Source of the DNA: Candidatus Fimimonas merdipullorum | GTDB lineage: Bacteria > Bacillota > Clostridia > Christensenellales > CAG-314 | Direction: 5' to 3' | DNA length: 46,004 nucleotides | Assembly: GCA_018713905.1 (NCBI GenBank) | Contig: DVOC01000093.1 | Span: 1 to 46,004, forward strand | Part shown: positions 1 through 8,700 of the stretch, piece by piece | How positions within the stretch are numbered: position 1 is the first letter of the stretch | Layout: each line of letters starts with the position of its first letter | The notes under the pieces: generated by a model | The model's input: the letters and a program-made list of their open reading frames with translations, nothing else | Database searches by the model: none | What the model was told of the DNA's origin: nothing | Translations under genes and position numbers: made by a program

Positions 1-46
1 TTTGCAAAGATAATTTTTGAAATTTGTTGACAAGGAGAAAAATATT

Positions 47-679
47 ATGATAAGCCTTTCGTTATACGAGCGCCAAGGGGCAAAGCTGGAGGGAGAAAAG
101 GTGACGTCGCTGCTTTTCGACAACGTGAGCGGCGCATTGCTGTTTGAAACGCAAAAAGGGAGGTTTGCCGCCTGTTGCCTTAAAACGGGCAAAGAGGGCG
201 CAGAGGGCAAAATACGGGCTTTGACGGGACGTCGGAAAGCGGCGGCGGATTTTTCCGCTGCCAACGACATGGCAAAAAAGCTTTGCCTCGGCATGCCCGT
301 GTGGAGCACGGCAGGCTGCTTTTGCGGCACCTTGACGGACGCCGAAATTACTGCCAAGGGGAAAATTCGCTGCGTCGTGACGGAAAAAGGCAGATTCTGC
401 CACGTTACCGCCGTGGGCGACGGCGTTTTGATACGGGGCGTAAACGCCGCAAGAGCCTTTGCCAAAACTTTGCCCAAGCGGCAAAAGCCGCGCGCGGAAA
501 AGCGTCGGTACGGAAACTTTAACTTTTTGGTGGGGCAACGGGTGGACAAAACTATCTGCAATTTTCAGGGCGAAGTGATGATAAAACGGGACGCATATAT
601 AACGGCGGAAACGCTGCGGCAGGCAAAGCTGTGGGGCAAACTGACCGAGCTGTGCCTGCACTGCTACTCCTCAACCTGA
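47..679 (+). CDS. hypothetical protein (210 aa)
   Basis: The ORF track gives 17..679 with a TTG start. I prefer the ATG at 47 because AAGGAG lies 8 nt upstream. G/C-ending codon usage matches the neighbouring genes. No family was recognised by eye. The stop codon lies inside the first CAACCTGAC repeat motif. Confidence 0.55.
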   Translation: MISLSLYERQGAKLEGEKVTSLLFDNVSGALLFETQKGRFAACCLKTGKEGAEGKIRALTGRRKAAADFSAANDMAKKLCLGMPVWSTAGCFCGTLTDAEITAKGKIRCVVTEKGRFCHVTAVGDGVLIRGVNAARAFAKTLPKRQKPRAEKRRYGNFNFLVGQRVDKTICNFQGEVMIKRDAYITAETLRQAKLWGKLTELCLHCYSST

Positions 680-1059
680 CGCAACCTGACGTTGACGCGG
701 CTACGCGCCGAGCGGCGTGGTCTGCTTATATTGCACGTTGCGTTATATTGCTTTTGCCCCTGTCCCAGTTTATTGGGAGAGCCGTCGGATATTTGTGGGC
801 GGTGCGGTTTGCTTATATTGCACGTTGCGTTATATTGCTTTTGCCCCTGTCAAAGGTTATCGCAAAGTCTTTAATAAAATACGTCGCCGGCTGCGCAAGC
901 CCAACCTGACGTTGACGGCGTGGGCAACTTATATTGTACATTGCATTATATTGCTTTTGCCCCTTTCGGGGTTTATTGGCGTGACAGTCCCATACTGTTC
1001 CGGCAGGGCGGCGGGTGTGCTTGCATTGTAAATGGCGCCGTATTGCTTTTGCCCCTTTC
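671..1059. repeat. left array: four degenerate copies of a ~46-bp core (GGTTTGCTTATATTGCACGTTGCGTTATATTGCTTTTGCCCCTGTC-like) plus CAACCTGACGTTGACG motifs
   Basis: Cores were read directly at 719-764, 806-851, 922-967 and 1014-1059, with irregular 87-116 bp spacing. CAACCTGAC(GTTGACG) motifs lie at 671-697 and 899-918. The array is the same family and orientation as the one at 4205-4827. The ORF-track peptides here (YCFCPC / LLLPLS) are just the repeat translated. Confidence 0.85.
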
Positions 1060-1171
1060 AGAGTTTATCGCACAAGCCTCTTTCAAAACCGTGCGCCGTG
1101 CGCTGACCATACCGCCGCGTATCCTTTGCCGTCGCCGTTGCTGCCGTCGGGCATTGCCGCGAAAATTTTGC

Positions 1172-1205
1172 AAAAAAAACCGCCTGTACAAAAAGTACAG
1201 ACGGT
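1172..1205 (-). terminator. rho-independent terminator downstream of the VWA gene
   Basis: The minus strand reads ACCGTCTGTAC-TTTTT-GTACAGGCGGT followed by T8. The stem is 11 bp with one mismatch. It lies ~165 nt after the stop at 1370. Confidence 0.6.
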
Positions 1206-1369
1206 TGCGAAGCCTCACAGCCCATCACTCTACGGTGAATCAATTTCAGCCTCATCTACTACTCCGCTCGGTTGCACGACAGTGTCCGCAACTTTGGTTC
1301 TTCGAACACACCAAGGCAAAAGTATTATAAAATAATATAAACAAAGGAGAATTGTCAATGCCCTTTCGG

Positions 1370-2851
1370 TCATTCGTACAATTTTGCCGCCTTTTGCACC
1401 AATTCCAAAAACTCTGCCCTGAATTGGTCGTTGGCAACGCAGTTGAGCGTTTGCAAGCGGGAAATGACGCTGCCGAAGCTTGCCTGTCCCTTGTATTCCG
1501 ACTGACGCAGCAGCAAGCCGTATTCCACCACGCACCCTATAAACACGCTGTCTTCGTCGGGAGTCTGCGTGTAGTCTGCCGTCGTGCAGGTGACGGAAAT
1601 GCTTTTGCTCTGCTCCGTTGCGGGATCCTTGTACCGCACTTCCGCTTTTGCCACCTCGCCGTCGGCGTTCTGTTTGAGTTTGACTTCGTACACGGCGGTG
1701 ACGGTGTGTCCGGAGCCTATTTCGCCGGCGTCCTTGCTTTCGTCTTCAAATTCATCCTGCGACATCATCTTGCTTTCGTACCCTATAAGGCGGTAGCTGT
1801 CCACCACGTCGGGGTTGAAGGTCACGCCTATTTTGGAGTCCTTTGCCACCACGTTGAAGGTGCCGTTAAGCTCCTCCACCAGCACTTTGCGCGCTTCCGA
1901 CACGCTGTCGAGATATGCGTAGTTGCCGTTGCCGTTTTCCGCAAGCGTTTTCATTGTGGTGTCGTTGGTGTTGAACATGCCCACCCCCAGCACCGAAAGG
2001 TAGATGCCGCTGTCGCGCTTTTGGGAGATAAACTCTTTCAGCTGATTTTTGTTCGATATGCCCACGTTGAAGTCGCCGTCGGTGGCAAGTATGACGCGGT
2101 TGTTGCCGCCCTCTACGAAGTACTTGGAGGCCTGTTCGTAGGCAAGCTGTATGCCCCCTTCGCCGTAGGTGGAGCCTGCCGCTTCCAAGTCCTGCAAGAC
2201 GTTGGCAATCTTGGTTTTTTCCGTACCTCTGGCGCCGTTCAATGCCACACGGCAGTCGCCGGCGTAGGTGACTATGGAAACGTAGTCGCCGTCGTTGAGA
2301 TTTTCCAGCAGCATGGTGAACGCCTGCTGAATAAGCCCCAGCCTGTCGTCGCCGTACATAGAGCCGGAAGTGTCTATCAGAAACACCACGTTGTTGGTGA
2401 CGGGGTTTTCAAAGGTTATTTCCTCCGCCGCGACGCCTATCGTGAACAGCTTGTTGTCACTCCACGGGCTGTCGAACAGCTTTGCCGACAGCGCCAGCGC
2501 TTCGCCCTGCTGCGGACGGGCGTAGTCGTAGCTGAAATAGTTGACGTATTCTTCGATACGGACGGAATTTTTGTTTATTTGCAGTCCTTCCTCTATCTGC
2601 CTGCGCATAAGAGAATAGGAGGCGGTGTTTCTGTCCAGCGAAAAATACGAGGATTGCTCCTCCGCCGCGGATACGAAGTCGTTTTCTATTATGTCGCCGT
2701 ATTGGTAGTTGGGATAGTCCTGCGACGAGGAGTCTTCGCCCGGACGCACCATTCCGACTTCGCCGTCTACTCCGGGGCCTTCGGGGCTGCACGCCGCAAG
2801 CGCCGCCAATGCCAATGCCAGCACGAGAACTATTGCAAAAATACGTTTCAT
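1370..2851 (-). CDS. VWA-domain lipoprotein, YfbK-like architecture (vWA N-terminal region - VWA - DUF3520-like C-terminus), 493 aa
   Basis: The lipobox is LAALAAC. The MIDAS motif is VVFLIDTSGSM with ATDGDFN further downstream. The N-terminal SYFSLDRNTASYSLMRR..VRIEEYVNYF and the C-terminal YRLIGYE are motifs typical of this family. The RBS GAGGTG lies 5 nt before the ATG. Confidence 0.88.
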   Translation of the reverse strand: MKRIFAIVLVLALALAALAACSPEGPGVDGEVGMVRPGEDSSSQDYPNYQYGDIIENDFVSAAEEQSSYFSLDRNTASYSLMRRQIEEGLQINKNSVRIEEYVNYFSYDYARPQQGEALALSAKLFDSPWSDNKLFTIGVAAEEITFENPVTNNVVFLIDTSGSMYGDDRLGLIQQAFTMLLENLNDGDYVSIVTYAGDCRVALNGARGTEKTKIANVLQDLEAAGSTYGEGGIQLAYEQASKYFVEGGNNRVILATDGDFNVGISNKNQLKEFISQKRDSGIYLSVLGVGMFNTNDTTMKTLAENGNGNYAYLDSVSEARKVLVEELNGTFNVVAKDSKIGVTFNPDVVDSYRLIGYESKMMSQDEFEDESKDAGEIGSGHTVTAVYEVKLKQNADGEVAKAEVRYKDPATEQSKSISVTCTTADYTQTPDEDSVFIGCVVEYGLLLRQSEYKGQASFGSVISRLQTLNCVANDQFRAEFLELVQKAAKLYE

Positions 2852-2911
2852 ATTGTCACCTCTTTTATCTTTTGCCCATACAACACGGCGAAATGCCGTT
2901 TTGTCCCCGTT

Positions 2912-3568
2912 TCAGCACATAATTTGCAAAATCGGCTGCACGAATTGCGCCGCAGAGGGGTTGCACTGCGTGTAGACGTAAAAGTGCATACCGTTTGCCT
3001 TGAAGTAGGCGTTGGTCACGTACTCGCCGGGCATATTTTCCGGACGACGCTCCACCACACGCAAGCCGTCGTTGTCTTTCAGGTACCTTTCGTAGTCCGT
3101 TCGCCAGTCCAGCCGCACGAAGCCGTCCTTTTCCGCCACGAACTGCACCTCCACAATGCCTTGGTCGGTGGAAAAGCCCAGCTGCGCCGCCACGTACACC
3201 ATGCCGCCATCCAGACGGAAAGCATAGTATTTTTGGCTTACGATAGAGTAGGCGGAGCCTTCAAACGCCTGCAAGTTTACTATCTCACTCGCAAAATCGG
3301 CGTCTACGCGCTGTCCCACAGTCTGCGACGCGGCATACACCTGCGGCTCGCCGCCGCCCGTAAGCACGGGCAAGACCGCCGCTGCCGCTATGACGAACAC
3401 TATCACGGCGCACACCGCCGCCGCCCATACCGCGCGTCGGGGCTTTTGAACCACCTGCATGGACAGGTACCGCTCCTTTGCGCGGGAAGCAAGCTGCGGC
3501 TGAGGCGAAAGACTTTCGGCATAGTCGTCGAACAATTTTTGTATTTCGTTTTGGTTTTGTTGCTTCAT
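2912..3568 (-). CDS. single-pass membrane protein, putative anti-sigma factor (218 aa)
   Basis: It starts 12 nt after the ECF sigma stop, with RBS GGAGAA. It has a short cytoplasmic N-terminus, one TM helix (AVWAAAVCAVIVFVIAAAAVLPVL) and a ~150-aa extracytoplasmic domain. There is no HxxxCxxC zinc anti-sigma motif. The call rests on position and topology only. Confidence 0.5.
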   Translation of the reverse strand: MKQQNQNEIQKLFDDYAESLSPQPQLASRAKERYLSMQVVQKPRRAVWAAAVCAVIVFVIAAAAVLPVLTGGGEPQVYAASQTVGQRVDADFASEIVNLQAFEGSAYSIVSQKYYAFRLDGGMVYVAAQLGFSTDQGIVEVQFVAEKDGFVRLDWRTDYERYLKDNDGLRVVERRPENMPGEYVTNAYFKANGMHFYVYTQCNPSAAQFVQPILQIMC

Positions 3569-3579
3569 GTTTTTCTCCG

Positions 3580-4119
3580 TCAGCCGACAGTTAGGCTTGC
3601 TTTGAGTTTTGCTTCGGCGCGCGCCACCGTGCGCTGTACCTCCGACTTGGAAATGCCGGTGGCTCTTGCGCTGTCACGCACGGTAAATTCCATAAAATAC
3701 TTTTGGTAGATAAGCTGCTTTTCCCTTTCGGTAAGCTCTTTTATCGCTTGCTGCACGGCGGCGGCAGCCACAAGGTTGTCTTCCGTAGGACAGTCGTCGC
3801 TCAAAAAGGGCAGGTCGTCGTAGTTCAGCGCTCTGAACCGCCTTTCCCTGCGCAGGGCGTTCAACGCCGTGTTGTGCACGATTTTGCATATCCACGCATA
3901 GCCGTTGGTGCCCTTGCGAAAGGTCGCCGCCTTGGAAAGTATGCGCAGAAAACTGTCCTGCACCACGTCCTCCGCCAAGGCGCGGTTTCTGACGACAGAC
4001 AAAGCCACCGACAACATTCTGCCGGAAACCATTTGAGCAAGCGAGTCTATGGCGGTATAACTGCCCTGCGCTATCTGCTCTATGTATTGGTTTATCTGCG
4101 TTCTTTCGGAATCAGTCAT
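3580..4119 (-). CDS. RNA polymerase sigma-70 family, ECF-type sigma factor (179 aa)
   Basis: The region 2 motif is ALAEDVVQDSFLRIL...YAWICKIVHN. The region 4 HTH is FTVRDSARATGISKSEVQRTVARA. The size is typical of ECF sigmas. Confidence 0.9.
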   Translation of the reverse strand: MTDSERTQINQYIEQIAQGSYTAIDSLAQMVSGRMLSVALSVVRNRALAEDVVQDSFLRILSKAATFRKGTNGYAWICKIVHNTALNALRRERRFRALNYDDLPFLSDDCPTEDNLVAAAAVQQAIKELTEREKQLIYQKYFMEFTVRDSARATGISKSEVQRTVARAEAKLKASLTVG

Positions 4120-4125
4120 ACCCCT

Positions 4126-4154
4126 ATTATACTTTCAGCGGGGAAATTTTGCAA
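4126..4154 (-). promoter_or_regulatory. sigma-70-type promoter of the sigma cassette, TTGCAA-17-TATAAT
   Basis: The minus strand reads TTGCAA (4154-4149), a 17-nt spacer and TATAAT (4131-4126). Only 6 nt (AGGGGT) separate the -10 from the ATG at 4119. Confidence 0.5.
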
Positions 4155-4439
4155 GAGCGGAGCTGTATTTTCCGTCCTTGTTCGATAGTATAACACCGCA
4201 AAAAGCAACTTTGTCCCGCAGCTACGCGCTGGGCGATGCGGTTTGCTTATATTACTAATGACAACACATTGCCTCTGCCCCTGTCGGGGGTTTGCATAAA
4301 CTGCTAACGCAACAGTCGCCGGCTGCGCAAGCCCAACCTGACGTTGACGGCGCGGTTTGCTTATATTACTAATGACAACATATTGCCTTTGCCCCTGTCG
4401 AAGTTTTGGCGCAAAAACTTTTGCACAATCGCTGCGCTA

Positions 4440-4460
4440 TGGCGGAGAGAACAGGATTTG
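4440..4460 (-). repeat. decayed copy (a) of the tRNA-Ser 3' end (T-loop to CCA)
   Basis: TGGCGGAGAGAACAGGATTTG is identical to 5141-5161. The 8 nt flanking the CCA side (CTGCGCTA, 4432-4439) are also identical. The copy diverges inside the T-loop (TCCCG instead of AACCT). Confidence 0.85.
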
Positions 4461-4685
4461 TCCCGCAGCTGCGCGCGGGGCGGCGTGGTTTGCTTATGCT
4501 ACCAATGACGGCATATTGCTTTTGCCCCTGTCGGGGTTTGCATAAACTGCTAACACAACAGTCGCCGGCTGCGCAAGCCCAACCTGACGTTGACGGCGCG
4601 GTTTGCTTATATTACTAATGACAACATATTGCCTTTGCCCCTGTCGAAGTTTTGTCGCAAAAACTTTTGCACAATCGCTGCGCTA

Positions 4686-4706
4686 TGGCGGAGAAAACAG
4701 GATTTG
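4686..4706 (-). repeat. decayed copy (b) of the tRNA-Ser 3' end
   Basis: TGGCGGAGAAAACAGGATTTG has one mismatch to 5141-5161 and the same flanks as copy (a). It lies 246 bp from copy (a). Confidence 0.85.
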
Positions 4707-4890
4707 TCCCGCAGCTGCGCGCTGGGCGGCGTGGTTTGCTTATGCTACCAATGACGACATATTGCTTTTGCCCCTGTCGGGGGTTTGCATAAACTGCTAA
4801 CACAACAGTCGCCGGCTGCGCAAGCCCGCTACGTTATTTCATTCTCCTGTTCTCGGAGCCATAGCGGCGGCAAGCAATAAGGAAAAGAAA

Positions 4891-4918
4891 AACGGAAAGC
4901 CGTGTTTTGCTTTCCGTT
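4891..4918. terminator. bidirectional-looking hairpin (AACGGAAAGC-N8-GCTTTCCGTT) flanked by A-run and T-run
   Basis: The 10-bp stem was read directly. It sits below pseudo-copy (c) in the same relative position as the tRNA-Ser terminator. Confidence 0.45.
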
Positions 4919-4949
4919 TTCTTTTGCGACCACAAGCGCAGCTATCCCT

Positions 4950-4970
4950 CGGCGGAGAGAACAGGATTTG
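4950..4970 (-). repeat. decayed copy (c) of the tRNA-Ser 3' end
   Basis: 20 nt of the 21-nt CGGCGGAGAGAACAGGATTTG match 5142-5161. Like copies (a) and (b) it continues TCCCG. It lies 191 bp from the real tRNA end. Confidence 0.8.
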
Positions 4971-5079
4971 TCCCGAGGCGCAAGCCGAAGGGTAAGCGGA
5001 GCAACACCGTTGCGGAGCGCTACGTTATTTCATTTTCCTGTTCTCGGAGCCATAGCGCAGACGCCGCCCACGGAGCAAC

Positions 5080-5108
5080 AAAAAAGGAAAGGCGTTTTAC
5101 CTTTCCTT
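5080..5108 (-). terminator. rho-independent terminator of tRNA-Ser
   Basis: The minus strand reads AAGGAAAGG-TAAAACG-CCTTTCCTT followed by TTTTTGTTG. It lies ~33 nt after the tRNA CCA end. Confidence 0.65.
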
Positions 5109-5140
5109 ATTTTGGTGCGACTTATGGCAAGTCTGCGCTA

Positions 5141-5229
5141 TGGCGGAGAGAACAGGATTTGAACCTGCGGAGGCTGTTAACCTCGCACGCTTTCCAAGCG
5201 TGTGCCTTAAACCGCTCGACCATCTCTCC
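5141..5229 (-). tRNA. tRNA-Ser (anticodon GGA), CCA encoded, 89 nt
   Basis: The cloverleaf was folded by hand. The acceptor stem is GGAGAGA/TCTCTCC. The anticodon arm is CACGC-TTGGAAA-GCGTG. The long variable arm is GAGG-TTAACAG-CCTC. The T arm is GCAGG-TTCAAAT-CCTGT. The discriminator is G, followed by CCA. Confidence 0.93.
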
Positions 5230-5278
5230 AAACAGTTTGTCCAAGCAAAAAGGCAAGGGCGATTTTGCTTGCCAAAAT

Positions 5279-5307
5279 AGCATACCAAAATTTTGCAAAT
5301 AAGTCAA
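5279..5307 (-). promoter_or_regulatory. candidate promoter of tRNA-Ser, TTGACT-17-TATGCT
   Basis: The minus strand reads TTGACT (5307-5302), a 17-nt spacer and TATGCT (5284-5279). It lies ~50 nt upstream of the tRNA 5' end. Confidence 0.4.
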
Positions 5308-5706
5308 TCGTTATTGAAGCTTTTTTGGCTTTTTCTTGCCGAAAAGGACGGCGGCGTTGCCTTTGCCCCGCGCAACGCGACATGCCACAATAAAAGAGGA
5401 GCCCGACATAAATTCCCCGCCCGTGCGCTATTGCGGAAATATTGTGAAACGACAAAACGAAAGTGTGCAAGCAGGAGCTTCATGACGTTGCACCGTCAGA
5501 AAAACTTTTGCGCAAACAACACAAAAACGGTATCGGGCATAAATTCCCTCGTACACTATTGCAAAAATTTTTTGCGGCAAAAAAACAATAAGGGCGCAGG
5601 CGGGAATCGCCTTCGCCGTTTACAAACCGAACGTCAAGGTGCGCGCCGCCCTTGAAGCAGGGGATAAACTGCGTCTGCCGAGCGGCTTTGTGCCGTCGCA
5701 AGGCGC

Positions 5707-5734
5707 AAAAAAAAACGACGGAAAAATCCGTCGT
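5707..5734 (-). terminator. rho-independent terminator closing the 31-kb operon
   Basis: The minus strand reads ACGACGGA-TTTT-TCCGTCGT followed by T8. It lies 21 nt after the stop at 5755. Confidence 0.75.
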
Positions 5735-5754
5735 TTCTTTTGCGTCGTTTGCCG

Positions 5755-8700
5755 TTAAGCCGCGGGAACGTAGTCCGTAACTGCGGTACCGTTGACAACT
5801 ATTTGCAGGTATGCGGTGTCGTCGCCCGTGTTGCCGCTACTATCCTTAGAGTAGGTAAGGGTGAGGGTAGTGCCTGCTTGCAGCAGGAATTCCGCAGTCT
5901 GCGCTTCTTCCTCGGTGTAGTTGTCGCCCTTGGTGTAGATGCGTTCGCCCTCAACGGTGCCGGAGGTGCTGCTGGACAGATAGTCCCAGTTGGCTTCGGA
6001 AGAAATCCAATAGGTCACTTTGACGATTATCGGCCCGTCCACCGCCGCAATAACTACCGATGCGGAAGAGTTACCTTTTCCTTGGTTGTTGTTCTTCCAC
6101 CAGCCACTTTCGGCGTCGTACACAAACGCGTAGGTAGAGTCGCCCGTCACGGTGCAGGTGCCTGCGTCTATCCACTTGGCGTACACGGTGATATTGTCGG
6201 TGATGGTTTCGTCGGTGAACTCCTCGGAGAAGGCGCTGTCCTTATACCAGCCGCCGAAAATCTTTTCGTTGGTGTGAGCGGGATCGTACTGCGAAATATC
6301 CAGTGCGTCGCCCGCGCCGTAGCCGTGAACTTGCGTAACGCCGTCGCCCAAGTCGAGAGTGAGGTTTACCTTGACGTCCCACTTGGCAAACAGGGTAACG
6401 TCGCCGGTGGGGATATATTTGCCGTCAACCAGCTCGACGGGGTTATTCAGATCGGCGTCGGTGCACCAGTAACGGAAGATATGGGTGTCGCATTCGGGAA
6501 CGGGAAGCACAATTCCGAAGTTCTTGTTTACGTCCGCCGCGGGAACGGTGGCGTAGGAACCGGCATTGTAGGTCACGTGCACCATGGGCTTGGTGACGGT
6601 GTAGGTCTTGGCGTCGACGTCTATGGTGTATTCCAGATACTCGGTATCGGTGTATACGCCGTAGGTGCCGTCGGGGCCTTCCTCTCCGTCCACTTTGGTT
6701 ATGACGTAGGTGTTTTCGCCTATGGTTACGCGGCCTGCGCCGTTAAGCACTATGGTGCCTTCGCCGTCGGCGTTGGTGTAGGTGCCTTCGGAGCCGTCCA
6801 TTTCCACCATGGTGTTGCCGTCATAGGCAAACTTGGCGATGAGGCTGCCGTCGTCCGCCAATACGTACAGCAGAGTGGAGTTGTAGCAGGCGTCTGCGGA
6901 GATATCCGTGCCGCCCGTTTCAGCCGTCTTGAAGGACACGTTGAAGTACACTTGGTTTTCGTGAATGAACAGCGAGTAGTTCTTCTGCGTGCCGTCCTCT
7001 TCGGTGATGGTAAAGGCTATCGTACGAGTTTTGCCTGCGTTCCAGAAGGAATCGGCAAAGTTGCTGTACTCTGCGTTGGCAGTGAATCCGGGCACAAGCA
7101 GGAACATGCGGTCAAGGTCGGCGCCCACGTCCATATAGTTGAGGACGATGAAGCCCGTTTCCATATCGATGTACGCTTCGCCCGTGTCGCCGCCGCTGTA
7201 GCCGTAGGTTATGGTCATTGTGCCCGCTTCGGGATCGAAGTTGTTGATCTGCGCGGGGTTGTTGTTGAAGGGCCACGGTCCGCTGCTGCTTATCACCTGA
7301 TATGCGCCGTAGGGATCGAAGGTGAACTCGCCCTGACGGTGGTCTGCGCCGTTGTTGCCGTAGGGATTATCGTTGTCGTCCTCGCGGTCGCCCAGATAGA
7401 ACAATCCGTAATGGTGATGGTTGAAGATGGGCGCCGTTTCCCACTTGGCGTATATGATGGTATCGGTGGTGATAACGCTGCCGCTTGTCCACTCGGTGCC
7501 TTGCTGATAGTCTTCGGTGGTATACCAGCCTACGAAGGCGTAGCCTGCGTAAACGGGAATTTCCACGGTGGCGACGTCGCCCACGGAGTAACGCACGGTG
7601 GCGTTTTCCGTCACGCCGTCCTTAAATACTATGGTAAGAACCGCGGGATCTGAATACTTGGCATACAGCGTTACGCTTTCCGCCGTGATATACGGAGTGG
7701 CTATTGCCGCCGTACATTCGGAGTTGGTGAAGTAGCCGTTGAACACGTAGTCGGTGTTGTAGCCGTTGCCGTCGGGCAGCGTTGCCGCTATTTTGGCGTT
7801 TACTTCAATTTGCGCAATAGTGTCGGTAGCGCCTTCCGACCCCACCACCGTGAAGGAGATGGTCACCATGGGTTTAGTTACCGTGTAGGTGTAGTCGGTA
7901 GCCGTCATGCGGTAGTATTCCACGTTGGCGCCCTCTGCCACCACAAACAGCTCGAAGGTGTAGTCCGTGCCCACGTAGTTGTAGGTACCCGTCTTGTCGC
8001 CCCATACGAAGCTGCCCGTGCCGTCCAGCACTATGTCGCCTTCCGCACCGGTGTAGGTGCCGTAGTAGGCGTCCAGAGCCACGGTGTCGCCGCCATCCAA
8101 AGTTTCGCCGTCTGCGCCGGCAAGAGCAATGACCGTTTCATTCGTATCGTTGTTTATAACTACGATAGTACGGCTGTTCTTGATGGCGTCAAGGTCGCCC
8201 AAGACGTTGCCGAGGGTATCCTTCAACGTGACGTCGTTGTAGATACGGTTGTCGTACATCACTATCGTCCTTTCGCCAAGCAGAGTGTTGAGCGTGACGA
8301 TACGCAGATAGTAGCCGGTAACGGTGCCGCCGGGGGTTTTGGGAGCGTCGATACCGTAGTTGACGGAGGCTTTGAAGTTGTCTTCCGTGGCAGCCTTGCT
8401 GAGCAGATAGAAGTCGTTGCCTATCTCGTTTCTGCTGTAAATACCGGCGATAATGCCCGTTTCTGCGTCAAAGTAGAAGCAGTATTCCGTAGTGCCGTCG
8501 GGTTGCTTGTAGTACACCTTTTGTTCGTCGGGCTCGTACCTTGTGACCACCGCGCCGTCCAGACTGTTGCTGGAAATGCTGCTGGTGATATTGCCCTGCT
8601 CGTCTATGGAAATAGACTTATGGCTACTGTTGCCGGAGGATTTGCCCCACATTTCGGAGCCGTGATATTCGCCCACGTATGCGGGAATTTCCGTCCACAG

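Larger units (their letters stand above)
4205..4827. repeat. right array: ~2.5 tandem copies of a 246-bp unit; each unit holds two 46-bp cores of the 671-1059 family separated by two alternating spacers
   Basis: Cores lie at 4240-4285, 4354-4399, 4487-4532, 4600-4645 and 4733-4778. The period is 246 bp (4354 to 4600, 4487 to 4733). Spacer type A carries GCAAGCCCAACCTGACGTTGACGG. Spacer type B carries a copy of the tRNA-Ser 3' end. Confidence 0.9.
4828..5140. repeat. ~191-bp ancient tandem duplication of the segment downstream of tRNA-Ser
   Basis: GCTACGTTATTTCATT(C/T)TCCTGTTCTCGGAGCCATAGCG occurs at 4828 and 5019. Each copy is followed by a different but equivalently placed hairpin (4891-4918 and 5084-5108), then by GGCGGAGAGAACAGGATTTG (4951 and 5142). 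Confidence 0.8.

Noticed and set aside
62-661. A 199-aa minus-strand ORF opposite the first gene.
   Set aside because: It is Arg/Pro/Phe-rich with no RBS. The plus-strand frame has the window's typical codon usage and an AAGGAG-ATG start.
631-1335. ORF-track peptides across the left repeat array (92, 60, 104, 136 and 106 aa), and the analogous ones at 4357-4803.
   Set aside because: They are translations of the DNA repeat (recurring YCFCPC, LLLPLS and ILLLPLS). They overlap each other in several frames and lack RBSs.
671-4827. A possible CRISPR array, suggested by regularly spaced ~46-bp repeats.
   Set aside because: The repeats are degenerate rather than near-identical. The 'spacers' are themselves repeated, with two alternating types. 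The left array has irregular spacing. No cas genes or leader are present.
4200-5229. An intact integrative element or prophage at tRNA-Ser.
   Set aside because: No integrase, excisionase or phage genes lie anywhere in the window. The tRNA-fragment copies are only 190-250 bp apart. At most they are scars, as reported in the findings.
4902-5701. Short ORFs around tRNA-Ser (4902-5162, 4907-5302, 5097-5307, 5207-5470, 5293-5655 and 5480-5701).
   Set aside because: They overlap the tRNA, its terminator or each other, have a basic junk composition and lack SD sequences. I also noticed a ~30-bp direct repeat (CATAAATTCCC..CTATTGC..AAA at about 5406 and 5538). It is too short and degenerate to interpret.
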